The notes: generated by a model from the letters alone, not told the origin. 63,729 nt of DNA, filler included, from Platydemus manokwari (GCA_037951405.1; 6 parts of 6 records of this genome joined end to end with filler, not necessarily neighbours in it), one strand, 5' to 3'. Shown: positions 39,801-54,784, counted from the whole stretch's first letter. Numbers and translations: made by a program.

Positions 39801-41499
39801 TGTTTATATGCCCTACCAAGTAAGTGATTTCTGATCAAACGTGTTATTTTTTCTATCTATAATCTGAATTAAAATTATTTCCAATTATTAAATATATATT
39901 TATAAATTTTCAAAATAATTAATTTTTTACTATAGCATAAGCAATTTCTATTCAATTTAAATTTTTGGAAAGAGTACATTTTTGAAATTATCAACTAACA
40001 ATTTCTATCAATAAGATACTCGAATCTATATTTACTGAAATGCCTCTGATTTCATTATTAACACAAAAATAGAAATTATTGAGAAAATCTATGACAATTA
40101 AGTTGATATTAAAACAAAATGAAAAATATTTTTACTTAGTTGTTAGTTTGGGAATTGAAATAGATATATTTAACCATAAACTGTACGTCTTGATGAAGCG
40201 AAAAATAATTAAAAAAAACTAAAGAAATTTTAAAATCAAATAACTTAACAGCTAAATTCAAATGAAATTAATGTCGAACTTGATTTGTGATTACTGGTTT
40301 CGTGTCAGAATTTCTAAAACGATTTTACAAACTGAGATTATATTTCACCAATTGTACGATAAATGGGTCTCTTTTGTTATACTTATAATAAGTACATTTT
40401 GATCTTTCTAACTATCGTCAACAATGTTTTCTTCAATTGTTAAAACCATGTACTTCAAAGATTCATACATATTTGCCAGTGATAAAAACTGAAATTAGTT
40501 TTTGGTGAAATTCAAGTTATAAAAATTTCATAAACTTGAGAACAACTTTAATTTTATAAATTACAGCTGAAATAGTAATGGGTATTTATTTGTGTTATTG
40601 GTCACAAGTTCGATTTGATGTAATATTGAATTAAATTATAGCGTTGTTCACACCAATAATCTGATTCCTTTGAAAATATAGGTTGCATGTATAAATCAAT
40701 AAAAATGAAAACAAACTGTCTTTCTTAATATGACAATGATTAACTACAGATATAGTGATAGATTAACCATAAAATACTAGGAATATATATAGTTGATAAG
40801 CTACAGATTGGGATTTGAAAGCTAACCTGTGGTGATAAATTATAGTAAAAAAATTAATACCACCAGAAAGTAGAACAGACTCTAGTCCAACAAAAGAAAC
40901 TGTCAGTGAATTTATTAATCAACGGCTGTAGATAACTTTTTTGTGCAAGTCTGTACAAATATTTGTAAGCAAATATTTAACTCAATTATGGTCATTATTT
41001 ATTGGTATAAATTTTCGATATTACGATTTGAATACGATTAACTTGGTTATTTTAACAATTTTGACCGAAGTTAATTTTATTCTATTTAATTCCTCTGACT
41101 GTAACAGTCGCATTTATTGTCCTGGTCTTAATGTTCCAATATCAGACGTACTACTAACTTGATTTATCAGTATGAGCATATAATTACCACAAATGGATGG
41201 CAATTAAATATCATCTCATGTATCTGATTCTGTCAGCATTTTTGATTTTAGATAGCATTCTAATGTCATTTCATTTACTGTATTGCGGTAGCATTTCAAA
41301 TGGTTTTTTAAAATTTTCATTTTTAAAAGCAATTTAGTAATAAATATTTTTTAATTTATTGCTATTATTATTATTATTTTTATTAATTTCTTATTATAGC
41401 ACTGAAATATTTGATTTAATCTATCACTGAAATCCTATTCTTATGATAGTCATCTAATTAACTGATGATCTACTCATTTCAGTCTTTAAATCTTAAGTT

Positions 41500-42300
41500 T
41501 ATTTAAATTATTTTTTAACTTCCATACATCTAGGATTATGAACCAAATTACAGATTCCTAACTGAACTAGTCATGTTATCTCGGTTTCTTGAGTACGTGT
41601 CCCTCATCTAAATATTGAAGCATATTTTTAATATATCGTTTTAAAAGTCTTTTATAAATATTTTTTGGTGATTCTTGATATAGAATTTCCTAATTTCAAT
41701 TTCGATGAATAATTTTGTAACCCGGTATTTTTTAACTGTAATTTTGTTTCAAGCTTCTTTCAAATCGATTCCTACTGACTATAAATGCCGACAACTTCAA
41801 GACATTACCGAAGAAAAATGATTTATCGATTTAATCTGAGACACATACATCAGATATATTGGAATATGTCTTCTAATTGCTCATTGTAGCCGACCTTTGT
41901 CTTAGTAAAGATCAATAATTATTTATCATATTTGGAGAAGTTACTTAAGATTCGAATCAAGACTAATCAATTTTTATAATCAGTGCAAAGGTATAGTGCA
42001 ACTCGAACGTGAGCTGCACACATCAATAAATTTGATTTAAATTTATCAATTAAAAATATTAAGTTTTCATTGGAATTGATTAAGATAAGACAGTGGAAAA
42101 TGTTATCAAGTTCATGATCTTGTTTATTTTGCAATCCAAACACTTTCGCCATTTCTCCAAACAATTTCCTTATCTTAGTGGTTACTGATTTCAATTATTC
42201 TCCACAGATACTTGTTGGCGATTACCTTTTTTCGAAGCTTTTGTTTCTTTTTCTTCCTAATATTTATCTAGTTTTTCACTAGACTTCAATTTTAATCAAT
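41500..42300 (-). pseudogene. Possible decayed LTR-retrotransposon gag/protease/RT start
   Basis: GNCLEKWRKCLDCK (zinc-knuckle-like), LILINSNENLIFLIDKFKSNLL (protease FLIDTG-like) and KKYRV...EI (RT N-terminal-like) occur in gag-PR-RT order. Confidence 0.3.
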
Positions 42301-43865
42301 TCCATAGCCTTTTGAACCTAATTACAAATATCTTTCAAATGTTTCCTAATGAATTTCTAAAATCGCTCTTAATATCTTCCAATGCAAAAGACTTCGATAT
42401 CTTATATATAGGATTTTAGTGAAATTCTCATTTGTCTTGATTCACTAATATGAATGCCCTTACTTCTCATTTTTAACTTCTTTAAATTCGATGATCTTTT
42501 TTAAACATTCTGCTTGAGTATATGATATAAAATTGTTTTGATCATCTTTAGAATTTGAAAACCACTCTTAAATTAAATTTCCAGACTCTGATCAACTCAA
42601 CAAATAATATCTATATATCTGTAAATAATAAAACTGATAATTAAGAGAATGAAGACAAGTATCTTGTATTTATATTATCTAATATTCAGAATTATTAAAA
42701 TTTTATATATTAAATGCTCCTTTCTCACAAAATATTCATGGCTTCTTTCATTTATCAGACAAGTTTATGAATTCCAAATAATGTCTTGTGTTTTGAACTT
42801 AAATTGATGACTACTTATTTATTTTCAAGATATTTAAAAACTTTAGACCTTTGGTTATTATGAGGGATAAGATGTTAAAAAATTGAGTACAACAGCATCA
42901 ACTAGCATGATCAAGAGTAGAAATTTAATTAAGTGCAATGCTTGTGTTGTCGAAATTAAGAAGTCGCAAATTGTGGAATTGTATATACGAGGTACTATTT
43001 CATGATTATAAGTATAAATAACTACAAGTCTGGTATAATTGTGAATTACATGATGGAATTACATTTTATAATTCGATCAGAAATTATATAAATCCCCCTC
43101 TACGTAAATTGAATAGAAGAGTAACAAAAATATGGGATAACGAGAATAAGCTTGAGAATACCTTAAGATGAGGTCTCAGAAATACTTTCAATAAACTATT
43201 TTTAAGGTAAATTAAGTAAAGCAGAATTTGAGTTAGATAGACTCTGATTCAATCTACCAGTGGAAGAATAAGAAAGTGATGGATTCGAGGTTTTATAACT
43301 ATAATGATGATGCTAAGTGGAAAAGACTTTAAAACCAATAAAACATTAAACTACCAATTGGAATTCTTGTTTATGTAATCAGTAAACTACAAAAATCAAT
43401 AAAATAACCCTAAACTGGTTCGGGTTTATGATTATTAAAGAGTATTCTTAATATTCTTTGATATATTGATAATCTAACGAAATAAATTTCGAGTAAATCG
43501 ATTTGTCTAATTTTATAGGATAACATAAAATTACAGATCTTTTTACTTAAAACGTAACTAGCATGATTTTGTTTATTAATATTTTCTACTATATTTTTAA
43601 TTCATGAAATAGCTTTAATCTTTTATTTTCATATTTTAATGTACCAAAAAGAATACTTTTATATTAAAGTATCTTTAAATTATTTATATCATTGAATTAT
43701 TATATGGAATTATTACATCAAGGCTGATAAAATATGCTTCAAGTCAATGGAAAACCAGAAAAACTTCATTCCCTTCAAATTATTAAACTGTTGGAGTACT
43801 ATGGAACAACTCGTACTCTACTCAGATAGTGAGAGTGAAGATGAGGACAAGAAAGTTCCATATGA

Positions 43866-43965
43866 NNNNNNNNNNNNNNNNNNNNNNNNNNNNNNNNNNN
43901 NNNNNNNNNTTAATTAATTAANNNNNNNNNNNNNNNNNNNNNNNNNNNNNNNNNNNNNNNNNNNN
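43866..43965. other. Artificial assembly spacer
   Basis: 44N + TTAATTAATTAA + 44N. Confidence 0.97.
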
Positions 43966-43980
43966 CATATATCATATTAT

Positions 43981-43990
43981 GATAATAATG

Positions 43991-44029
<39 letters not shown>

Positions 44030-44055
44030 GTAACAATAATAATATAACATAATAT
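43981..44055. repeat. (AAT)n microsatellite
   Basis: Trinucleotide run at the contig start. Confidence 0.9.
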
Positions 44056-45567
44056 TGTGTATAATGAAAATAGCAATAATAATAATTATTATTATAATAT
44101 GGCAATAATATTAGGATAAATGTATAGGATATCCACTCATTGATTGTGAAAGAATTCTCGTTACAAAGCTTTTCTTCAATTTTGAAATCAAGAGGTCAGA
44201 TTTCAAATATTTCCGATTATCTTTCCCTTTGTTACAAAACAACATTTTATATTGTTCTCTTTTGGGAAATGGTTTCTCACTTTCATCTTCCGAACATTAA
44301 TCCGGCTTCCAACTTTTATATATCTAATACGATGAAAACAAATCACTTCTTACGTCATTAAATGAATCAATAGATGAAGAACACAATCTCATTAATATTA
44401 AAAACCGTGAGACTCAATAATTGGTTTTTTAATCTTTATTTTGGACCACTAATATCATCCATTCTATTTGTCCAATCCAACAATTTAATCAAATCCCATC
44501 ATTAAATATAATTTTAATATTATCATGTAAGCACTCAAATCCATTTGGTATTGCGTGCGATCAAATACATTGCATTTAACTATCAATGAAAGCAATTATC
44601 AATTTTTCATGCATCACTTGTCATCGTAAAATTTCTCTATAGCAATCTCCAACATATATTCCTTATATAAAACAGAGAAGCTAATTGCTAGAATATCAGG
44701 GGTGCATAATTTCCTCAATCTATCTTTTGGACAAGAAGTTCAAAGAGTGAGTAGCTAATTTCTATGCATTGTAACAGATGTAAGGTTAATCTTTACAAAT
44801 CGATTGAGAATTTCTGCTTTATTCGATGAAAACGGACTGAGTTTTTGTGTTCCAAAGCCCGTGGTGAACCTAGATGTTTTCAAAACAAAAGACCCACCCT
44901 GAAAATTTTATTCGAACCAGTTATTTTTGAAAGGGATTTGATGTGATTTATTAAATTTGATATCTTGACATTTAAAGCTCATTATTTCACATAGATGAAG
45001 TTTGATTCCAAATAAATAAAGGCTGAAGAGGTAGTCCATACTTCTCTACACAGCATAGATTTAATAGTTGTTTCTATCAATCAGTATCTCTGGGGAACAT
45101 TCAATTCACGATATTACTGGGTAATTCGAACTGACGGATAGTTCACTCATATTGTCTGTCACTTACCATTCGACCTTTGTGCATCAGTCGTAACTGAACC
45201 ATGGTTCCATATCAGTAAGTAATTTTTTATGGTTTACTTTGAATACTTATGTGATCATGTGAGCGTGAAAAAAACAAAACATCAAAAAAAATTTTGAATG
45301 GGAAGAAAGAAATCAATTCATCCGATGAAGATGGATATGCGAGCATTCGCAACCAAGAAAAGAATTTCAACATAAAAAACCAGAAAACAGAATATAAACT
45401 TTAAAGTCGAGGTGAGGGATATCCCACCGTCTCGTGAAGGCAATTTTTATGTATAATAAAATTTAGATTTTTTTTGAATATTCTCAGTTGTATTGGATTG
45501 GTTGTTTTGTGGAACGAGGATGATACTATACAGAGAATGCAATCAATAACAGAACAAATATCGTTAT

Positions 45568-45700
45568 TGTAAATATTTTATAATGATGATGTTGATGATG
45601 AATTTTATTTGTCTAGACAATTGTTACTCAAGTCTAATTTTGTGTCGTGATTTTCCAAGTAGTTTCCAAAGAGTTCTTTATAAATCATTAGCGGCTTACA
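45568..45700 (+). mobile_element. Solo LTR of the TRIM-like family
   Basis: TGTaaatattttataatga ... tgtgtcgtgattttccaagt...ttagcggcttACA. Flanks gttat/attat (4/5 TSD). Confidence 0.65.
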
Positions 45701-48700
45701 ATTATCAAAGTATTGGATACACAATAACCATAAGAACGTCAATGTAAATTTATTATGGCTCACAAGCTCAGAAAATATATTTCATTTTCCTTATAACACA
45801 TATTTTCACACCAATTTCAAGAAAGATTTCGACTTAATCAAACTGCATTCAACCGCCAAATAACTGAAGTAAATCTGAATTCGATAATACGCAAAGAGAT
45901 TCGATGATGAAATGAAATAATTGGTAAAATTTCCGATTTGAGAATGTGAGAAATGGAATAAATAATCTGAGGTAATTTAAGAATTAGTAGAAACTGAATT
46001 TGATTTAAGTTTTCTTTTAATCTTTTTTTTGCAAACCAATCTGAAAGCCATGAAAAGGAGAGATGGCAATGATAATTATCAACGAGGTTTATTGCCGAAA
46101 ATTCTTGTGTGTCGATAAATATGTTTGCATTCGAGCGAAATATTCATTTATAATTCGTCCAGTAAATTATAAAACAAAACTATGGATATCAATCCTTAAT
46201 AGAGGGCTGTAGGAAATCTTTAACACCAACCGGTTCAAAGTTATGCCCACATTTGAACCCAATAAAGTATTTACGAAAGTTGTCAAAACCAAAACCAATA
46301 GGAAAATCAATTCATAATACGGTGTAAAATATTCTGTAACTGCAACAATTTTAGAGAGATTTTTCAATTTGTTTTTCATGCCATTTCCAATTGCTATCGA
46401 TTGGTTATCAATATCGACTTCCACGAAATAATTCCAAAAATAAACTCATTGAAAAATCATTGAGAACCCATTTCCAGGAATTTTATCTTCCTGAAGAATA
46501 TCCTGGATCGAAAATTCTAATGCTAATAGAGGTCCACGGCTATAAAGTAAGCAATGGTAGATAAATTTAACACAATCCATCATTTTTATCGCTACTTCCG
46601 TGTCGAGATTATCAGTGGTTAAATCAAAAAAATCTCATAACTTTTACATGGTGATAACTGTTTTATGAAACTGTTTTGAATTCACTCCAGAACTTGTAAT
46701 GACATTCAAAATTTGGTTTCAGATTTATTTCTTTGTATTATCAGATTGTGTTTTTAATGCTCGATTTATTATATTAGAACTGTTAAATTCGTTCCTATTA
46801 TTTTCTATAAACCTCTATAAAACTAATCGTTATTAGCATATGCCTCAGCGGCCAAACACATAATGTACAACCGTAAGAATATATTCTAAAACCTTAAATT
46901 TTGTTCTTAGAAACTTTCTATTTTTAAAAGTCGGTGATATTAAATTTTAATAAATAAACTCTCCACAATATATACATTTAGCCGGTGGTGCCCTTTTTTT
47001 ATAAATAAAATAGCTTTTTTTCAGAGAAATATCAGCGAAAAAAAATATGGTTTGTGGATATTAAAATTTATGAAAAAATTGTAACGATTAGATGCTGATG
47101 TTCTGACAGACTTCAGTCACTTCTCTCTTCCAGATATTGTCTTCGAATAAGCGCGTTACAGAAAGCTCGTGATAGTTGAAGCATATCTGGTTGAGGTATC
47201 GATTTAAACTGACGACTAAAAATTATTAAAAAAACTCAATATTTTCCTTCTTAGCCAAATCAACTGAGTTTCATCAATGTTTACAACATTTTAAAACGGA
47301 GTGCCACCACAAGAGCTATCAGTTTAATAAGACACTTTTCGTTTAAAGGATATCAAGATAATAATTATATCGTAACATTGAATGTACACCAATCTGAATC
47401 GTCCTCTTCAGAAACTATCAAAGCCATGCATATACATTCTACAAAGCACTAAAGATTGTTTAATGAATAGAACCTCGGTGATATAGTGTTTATCGGGACT
47501 TCTAAAATTTATCAATAACATTTCAAGCTCAAGATGATCGGCAATCATTCTATAATTACTGGTTCAACTTGTGTTTACTCCTCGGGTCTCTTAAATTCAA
47601 AAATGCTTTTCTTAATCAAACTTCATGGTACACAACCATAACTCTAGATCATGTTTGTTTTGTATATTTCGAGAAACAAAAACTATTTGATATGAGATTA
47701 TCAAGAGTAAAATAAATATATTTGCTTGTCATAACACATACTGCTGAAACAGCAAAAATATTCTCGATAAAATGATATTGTCGACTTTACAAAGCACAAC
47801 TGAAGGTTGGAATGTTTTTCAATAGTTTTCCCATCTTTACTCGTTTCAAGAAACATATTCTACTCACCACTCAATGGAACTCTACAATTTCCTCACAATC
47901 TCAACTGATTTCAACACAACTATATATTCCCACAGTTTCCAAGCGAATCTAGAAATTATGAATCTCTTTTAGTTTTTTTTCCTTTTATCTCCCCTCTTTT
48001 CTTTCTGTGATTTTTTATTCCTGACTACATTCAATATGAATGTGCTCAGCGTACTTTTCATCTCTACTCATTTAATAGGTTTACCATACAAAAATCTGTC
48101 ACATAAAATCAAAAGAGGCCTCAGATAATGTTATGATATTTTATATTTTATTAAAACCCTTTTAAATATGATCATCGTAATGGTTGAGAAAAAAAACTTT
48201 TCATTTAGAATTTTTAAAAAAAATATAAAATAAAAATATTAATGAAATCGCAACAAAACGAATACTAGAAATGCCTCTACACATTTATTTATTATTTTCA
48301 AATATAGAATCCATACAATCCTGTATAAAATCAAAAAAAATAATTAGTTAGACACTGTTTCATTGTTTTGTTGAAATTCTTTAACATTTTCAAAGCTTTA
48401 TTCAAGTCTAACTGAAGTATTTAAGACAATGAAATGCTTATTAAATCACTTTTTAAATCTTCTCTTAGCTATAAAATAAGATGGGGATAATTATAGGTTA
48501 AAGTCGAGTATAAAGGATTCGCTCACAAATAACGAACACGGACTCTTTGAATCCCTGTTTCGATATTTAATATACTGTTTGGTATTGATCGCAAAGCTCA
48601 CCCGATTATTCTAAAAAAATTGAATCATAACAACAAAAACCCTTGACTTTATAGCGCCGGTTAGAAAGCAAAAATCTATTGGAGTCATAGGTGGGCCGTG

Positions 48701-48964
48701 ACTGTGGTATCTGGATGGCATTGGATATGTAGGTTGACATATCTTATAATTAAGCGGATTCTATATAAACAAAATAAATTCGTTAAAAAAAGAGAGAAAA
48801 GGATTGACTTTTAAAGGCCAAAAAAGATTTGCTGAGAAATTGCCTTAGAAATTAAACATCACAGATTATTTGATCTCAATATCCTTTAAATCAATTAATT
48901 ACAATCTATATTGCTCGCAACATTTGGACGTTTATTATTCGAGAAAATAATCCTTCTAGTAGAA

Positions 48965-49388
48965 CAGTGATTCCCAAAACTTTCGAGCGTACCACCCGCT
49001 TTTCAGAATAAATATTACTCAGCGCCTCCAAACTAACCCATACCAAATTCTTTTAAACTTTTAGTCGCAATTTATGGAAAAATCTATATGTTACTATCTT
49101 TTTCATTAAATATATTAAAAAGATTAGGTAAAAACAATGCATTTTGAAAGTAAGAACATATTTTTTGCACTTGGAATAGATTTTTATACAAAACACATAC
49201 TTCAATAAAATTAGTGAGAACATACAGTACGTTGTTTAAAGACAAATAAAGCGTTTTGAGCAAACGAGATACATCAAAATTTTTAATAATCATTTTCTTA
49301 TATTCTTATAGCATTATCGCCCCCTTATGAGCTTGTATTCACCACCGACCCTCTGGAGCATTGCAGTGCCCACTTTGAAAAATCCATG
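48965..49388. mobile_element. ~420-bp hAT (Buster-type) MITE, copy 2
   Basis: Ends CAGTGATTCCCAAA / cccactttgaaaaatccatg. TSD tagtagaa/tagtagga (7/8). Homologous to 29196-29598. Confidence 0.88.
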
Positions 49389-49905
49389 TAGTAGGATATA
49401 GATTAGTAAAAGAAAAATTGATCTATGAATACAAAGTGATTTGAGCGAGCGAGAAGAAAAAATCCTGTCACTTATATAATTACCTTTAACTGTTGTTTAA
49501 AATGAATCTTACAATTTGTGAATTAATACATGTTAATTACGTCATCACCACCTTTAATGAATTGGACCCAGTCCAACCATGCAACTAATTAAACCGTAAA
49601 TATTCTCGTAAATTCTATATCAATCAAGACGGGTTTTACTCGCACCCATAGGCCAAACCCTCAGCAAGTCAATCAACAACTAGGGATCTATCTGCGTAAG
49701 CACAGGAAACACAAAATAGTTTCTATAGAAACAGTGGGACCCTATATTAATGAATTAGAGAATACCTGGCTATTGTTTCATCTAATTATTATCTAAATAT
49801 AATTTTATCATTGTTGTCTCTACTCAAATTGTAATTTTAAATTTTAATTTGTATTTGTTATAATAAAACAGCATTCGTTATTTTATTTGAAGCCAGATAC
49901 TGCTT

Positions 49906-49906
<1 letters not shown>

Positions 49907-49953
<47 letters not shown>
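49907..49953. repeat. (AAT)n microsatellite
   Basis: Perfect trinucleotide run. Confidence 0.95.
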
Positions 49954-50571
49954 TTTATATTTGTTTGCATATTTTAGCATGTTATATCAAATTTAAAATT
50001 CCTTGCTCATAACAAACCAGTAAGAGCCGAACATTACTAACACACCTCAATGGTCATAGAAAGACTATAACCAACCAATCAGAAACAACATAGAATATAG
50101 ATTTCAATTTTAGTAAGCACAAAGCTACGTAAAAGACATACACAGGAGTGTGACAATTCGAGTCGTTATAAATCGCTTCAAGTCATTATAGTCAGATTCA
50201 AAATATTTTTGAATATTATTTTATATAAAAGAATAGGAGATAAATAGAGACTTTGGAGAAGATTCTGAAAAAAGTGTTACCGCCTTTTCGATAATTAATT
50301 AAAAAACTCCATTTATTGATATCCTTATACTCAGCTTTAATCTAATCAATAGAAGCGCATAGTTGATTGAGAACCCATTTGCACGAGAATAAAATAAAAA
50401 TAAATTCCTTAAAAAGTTTATTACGATTTAAAAATAAACCAGTGTTGTTTTAATATTGTCAAACATTGCTACTTTCATCTAAACTTGACAAGAATGACAA
50501 TTAAGGAAGAAGAATTACATTGAAACGAAAGACATACTATTATCTTTCAACAATGTTCCAAAAACCAAATA

Positions 50572-51538
50572 TTATGTTGTCAAGAGTGAAATATATGTTT
50601 AATACATATCGACAAAATTAACGGCTTATTATTTGGTATTTGTTTTATATTTTAAAATTTGCTTTTTATTGCATGAAAGCTGTAATAAATATAAAAATAT
50701 TTTTTAAAATTTATTTTTTTGTTAAAGGAGCAGTTAAAAATTTGCATAATTATGAAGAATGACTTTTTATGTTCAACTACGGCATCGGAGATTACGTTAA
50801 ACATTGACAGTTTATTTGACTCCAATGTTACTGCACAGCAGGCAGTATCAAATAAGTTTGTGAAATTTCTTATATTCAACTTTTATCTCAAAAAGAGCCA
50901 CATGGCAGCCTAGAATAACGATGAATTAAATGCCACCGTTGAGTCTGACTCATCTCAAAGTGCATATGGATTATTGTTAAAGTAATAAATAACCACAACG
51001 CAGTATTCATAAAATGAAGCAGAAGATGAGTGTCTGTCGATCTAGCGCATATCCTTTATGATTTTAAGGAACATGGATCACAGCAAAATATAAGGCAACC
51101 AAATGAACGGAAAGATGCAAAAACTAAAGAAAAACAGAGTAGATTGATCAGCAAATCGACTCCTATTTTTATGCATGATAACACTAGATCACAATACACG
51201 AATGACCCTGGCCGAAGTATGAAAATCGGAAATGGAACTTCTTAATCATTCTCCATAATCACCAAACCAAGTGTCTTGGATTACAACTTCTTCCTCATTT
51301 CAACAACTTTTTAATGGGAAAACAATTAATTTAAACAAACTGTAAGACGGAACTCCATGAATTTATTGATTCTCATCTATAAGGGGTTTAGACCACCTGA
51401 TTGAACAAACCACTGCTTAAATGGTAAAAGGGAATAGAAAATATGGGTGCACACTTTGATGAATAAAATATTTCCCTGAATTTGTAAGTTCTCAATCAAC
51501 TTTGCATTTTTCTACAAATTTCATTCTTGACAACCTAA
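50572..51538 (+). mobile_element. Internally deleted, decayed mariner element (cecropia/Hsmar1-like)
   Basis: TIRs TTATGTTGTCAAGAGTGAAAT / ATTTCATTCTTGACAACCTAA flanked by TA. Transposase relics: KICIIMKNDFLCSTTASEITLNIDSLF..QAVSNKFVKF (HTH), PIFMHDNTRS (LHDNARPH) and ELLNHSP*SP (HPPYSPDL). Length 967 bp versus ~1.3 kb for an intact mariner. Confidence 0.85.
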
Positions 51539-52925
51539 TAAAATGGTTGCAGCTTAAATATTTAAAGCTTTAGAAATGTTATAATTGCCGCGAAATCCCA
51601 AATAAGAAAGTTGATGTAACTTCAGCTATTATTAATCCACACAAGTCCAGCTTGGGATCTTCAACTCACCAATGATTCAGCTGTTCCAAATTCAATGTCA
51701 TATAAAGTCAAGCCCAAATCCTATAGAGAAAAAGAAAGAAAAACTCAAAAGACATCCCACCGATTGCCAGGAGATCTGATTATATTAGTGAGATTGAAAA
51801 TTATTTCTCACAGCGATGAAAATCGTCAAATAAATTTCCAATTACTGGAAAATAATCGTCTGAGATCGTATCTCTCTACATTCCACTGATTAAACTAATC
51901 ACGAATGACTGTGTTCTGAATTTGTAAATGTTTATCGTTCGAGCAGATTCATGTGTTATGTTAAAATTATAGAACAATTCTTGTTGAAAATATAATGAAG
52001 AAAAGATTATTTCGTACAAAATATTCTGATGTTAAAAACTGCTTTCAAAACAAATCAATAATCAATCCAGTGAATGTGCAAAATATGAGAATATATAATT
52101 TATTATTGAAATCCCCATGTGGAGATAATTTAATTATTATTAGTCCGTTTTTATTAGATTTTAATTGGATACAGATATTATATTTGTCAATTTCGAGTCG
52201 AAAATTCTTTTAAAATCAGAAAATTTTCAACTTCTTAATTAGAGAGGATAAGCTATCAATAATCATTATGTTGTGCTCTACTTGTGTTCCTACTGAAATC
52301 CAAACAAAATAATAATTGCAGTAGAAAAGGCCTTTAATATTAAACAGTACCAAGGATTTTTATGATTTGCTGTAATTATTTGGAAGAGCTTTTTGAATAC
52401 TTAAATAATTAAATAAATATAAAATATCATTCGACATTAATTTGTAAACATTGAAACACTAGACACATTAACAGAATCGTTACAGAATACTCTAAACACT
52501 ATTACAAATGCTATTTGTGCCTTTTCAATAAATATCGTCAACAATATTATCAAAGGTCACCAATCATATCATTTCTTATCGTAGAAACTTTTCCATACTT
52601 AATAATAATATATAATCTATTATCTCATAAGTAGCTCATTGTTTCGAAAAATTGCGATAACGACTACAAGGACCTACTGACTTAGTGCAGCAATGTTTTT
52701 TAAGTAATTTTCTAGTTGATATTCGCAAATCATTAAGTAGTGATTTAACCCTCACATGACCAGTGTTGAATAAACAAATATATTTAATAACCTACTCAAG
52801 TGTTATCTGTGGAATTCTGAATTGGTTAGGAATCAGATAAGAAAAATTAACAAGAAAATACGAAAAAATGTATTACTAGTTATTAACAGTATTAACAGTA
52901 TTTTTATTATTTTTATAATGATAAT

Positions 52926-53090
52926 AGTGAGATATTTTCAATGAATCACATTTTTAATTCTAATTTAATTCTTATTTTATATGAAATCATATTTATATAA
53001 AATTAAATGTATTAGTTTAAGTATATATTTGGTGCCTTGATTTTTAAGTTCGTTTTCAATGGGTGGTTTTTAAAATCGTAGCGGCTAACA
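52926..53090 (+). mobile_element. Solo LTR of the TRIM-like family with perfect TSD
   Basis: (a)GTGAGatattttcaatgaat ... gttcgttttcaatgggtggtttttaaaatcgtagcggctaACA. Perfect 5-bp TSD ATAAT (52921-52925, 53091-53095). Confidence 0.78.
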
Positions 53091-54612
53091 ATAATTTTAT
53101 TACATAAATTTATTCGATGAAATATTCTCTTTGATTATACATATATATAAATATAATCATATAATAATATATAAAAATAAATGATAATAATGAATTATAT
53201 TTTTCAAGTAGTACGTGTCTGTGTACATCCATTTGATACGTGAGATGTCTTATTAGAAAGATAGCGTTACTCATTTTTCCATTGATATACGGCGAACTGA
53301 TGTTTTAGAAAGTTCGATATTTTTACGATATATTTCTAGCCAATTATCGATCTTTGACTCCCATATGCTACGAAAATAAACCTCCGGAAAATTACTATTT
53401 TTGGAATTTTTCACGAATTCTTTCTTCATTAATTTCCTATTTAGTAAGTAATAAATAATAGAGGTGACATCTTTAAAAAAATACAATGATTATCATATTC
53501 TTTGAAAAAAGTTCATTCTTTCCACTGTATTTGAGACAGGCTCCATGATTAAAAGAAGGAAATGCAGAATATGAAAATGACGGAAAGTATAATGTATAGC
53601 TTAAAATAACATCAATAGGTATGAGATATATCCTGACATGTAGGATGTATACTGCCAATCCTATTTTACTCCACTGTAATGGAAAGAATCACGATTTTAT
53701 CATTCAACAATTCGATAATTGATGAACTTTGAAGGACTCGAATCCATATAAGGACTCATCCATTAATTCAATTCATCATTATCATATATTTTTCTTTCAT
53801 CTAGTCAAATTTATTGACAGCAACATTTTATTCGAGAAATGTATCAAATTCTGAATTAAACAAACGAAAAGAGAAAACATGGATAAAATAATTTACATGA
53901 ATTTAAAGAGCAGTTAAATTGTTTCGATCCATAGTGGTTTTATTGATTTTATTAAACGATTTCACCGGTGTTTGTATATCTGTCATCTTACTGAGAGCAT
54001 ATGAATCGTGACGAGGCGAAACTTCACCGCAGGAATTTCCTATAGTGTTTGAATCATCTAATGTTTTCAAACGAAATCTTTTGAGTCGTACCGTCCAATT
54101 TCTTCTTCTCACCACAGATGAACTGCAAAGATACCATAAAAATAATAACAATAATTTCTATTATTATCATGTAATAATATTAATAATAATTACGATTAAA
54201 GTCTCTCGGTGAAGTAATGCTTAGATAAAAGTCAACAAGTCAGCTATTAGTAACTTGCTATTTTATCAAACAAATCACTATTTACTGATGCGCTAATAAT
54301 GAATAAGAAGTCTTGTTCGAATGGCTTTTTGTTTACCACAAACAGTGAAACATTTCATTCTTTAAAATTAACGGATGTCATAGCCAGCTGTTATATAAAA
54401 ACCCCAACCATATTTAGAATCAGATGTGTCTATAAGAGAATAGGAAATGAGGTTTTCGATAACAACAATAACAATTAAATCAACAAAAATAATAATAATA
54501 ATAATAATAATGATAATACTTATAAAAATGGTGGTGATAATATTGAAAACAATAAAAGATTATAATATTAACTATAATAATACCAATAATAATAATTATT
54601 ATTAATATTATA

Positions 54613-54712
54613 NNNNNNNNNNNNNNNNNNNNNNNNNNNNNNNNNNNNNNNNNNNNTTAATTAATTAANNNNNNNNNNNNNNNNNNNNNNNNNNNNNNNN
54701 NNNNNNNNNNNN
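54613..54712. other. Artificial assembly spacer
   Basis: 44N + TTAATTAATTAA + 44N, with AAT repeats on both sides. Confidence 0.97.

Positions 54713-54783
<71 letters not shown>
54713..54783. repeat. (AAT)n microsatellite
   Basis: Perfect run at the contig start. Confidence 0.95.

Positions 54784-54784
<1 letters not shown>

Noticed and set aside
46100-46800. Possible CACTA/Mirage-like transposase relic
   Set aside because: Motif similarity is too weak.
48495-48770. tRNA- or SINE-like GC-richer segment
   Set aside because: No intact A/B boxes or cloverleaf, and no second copy in the window.
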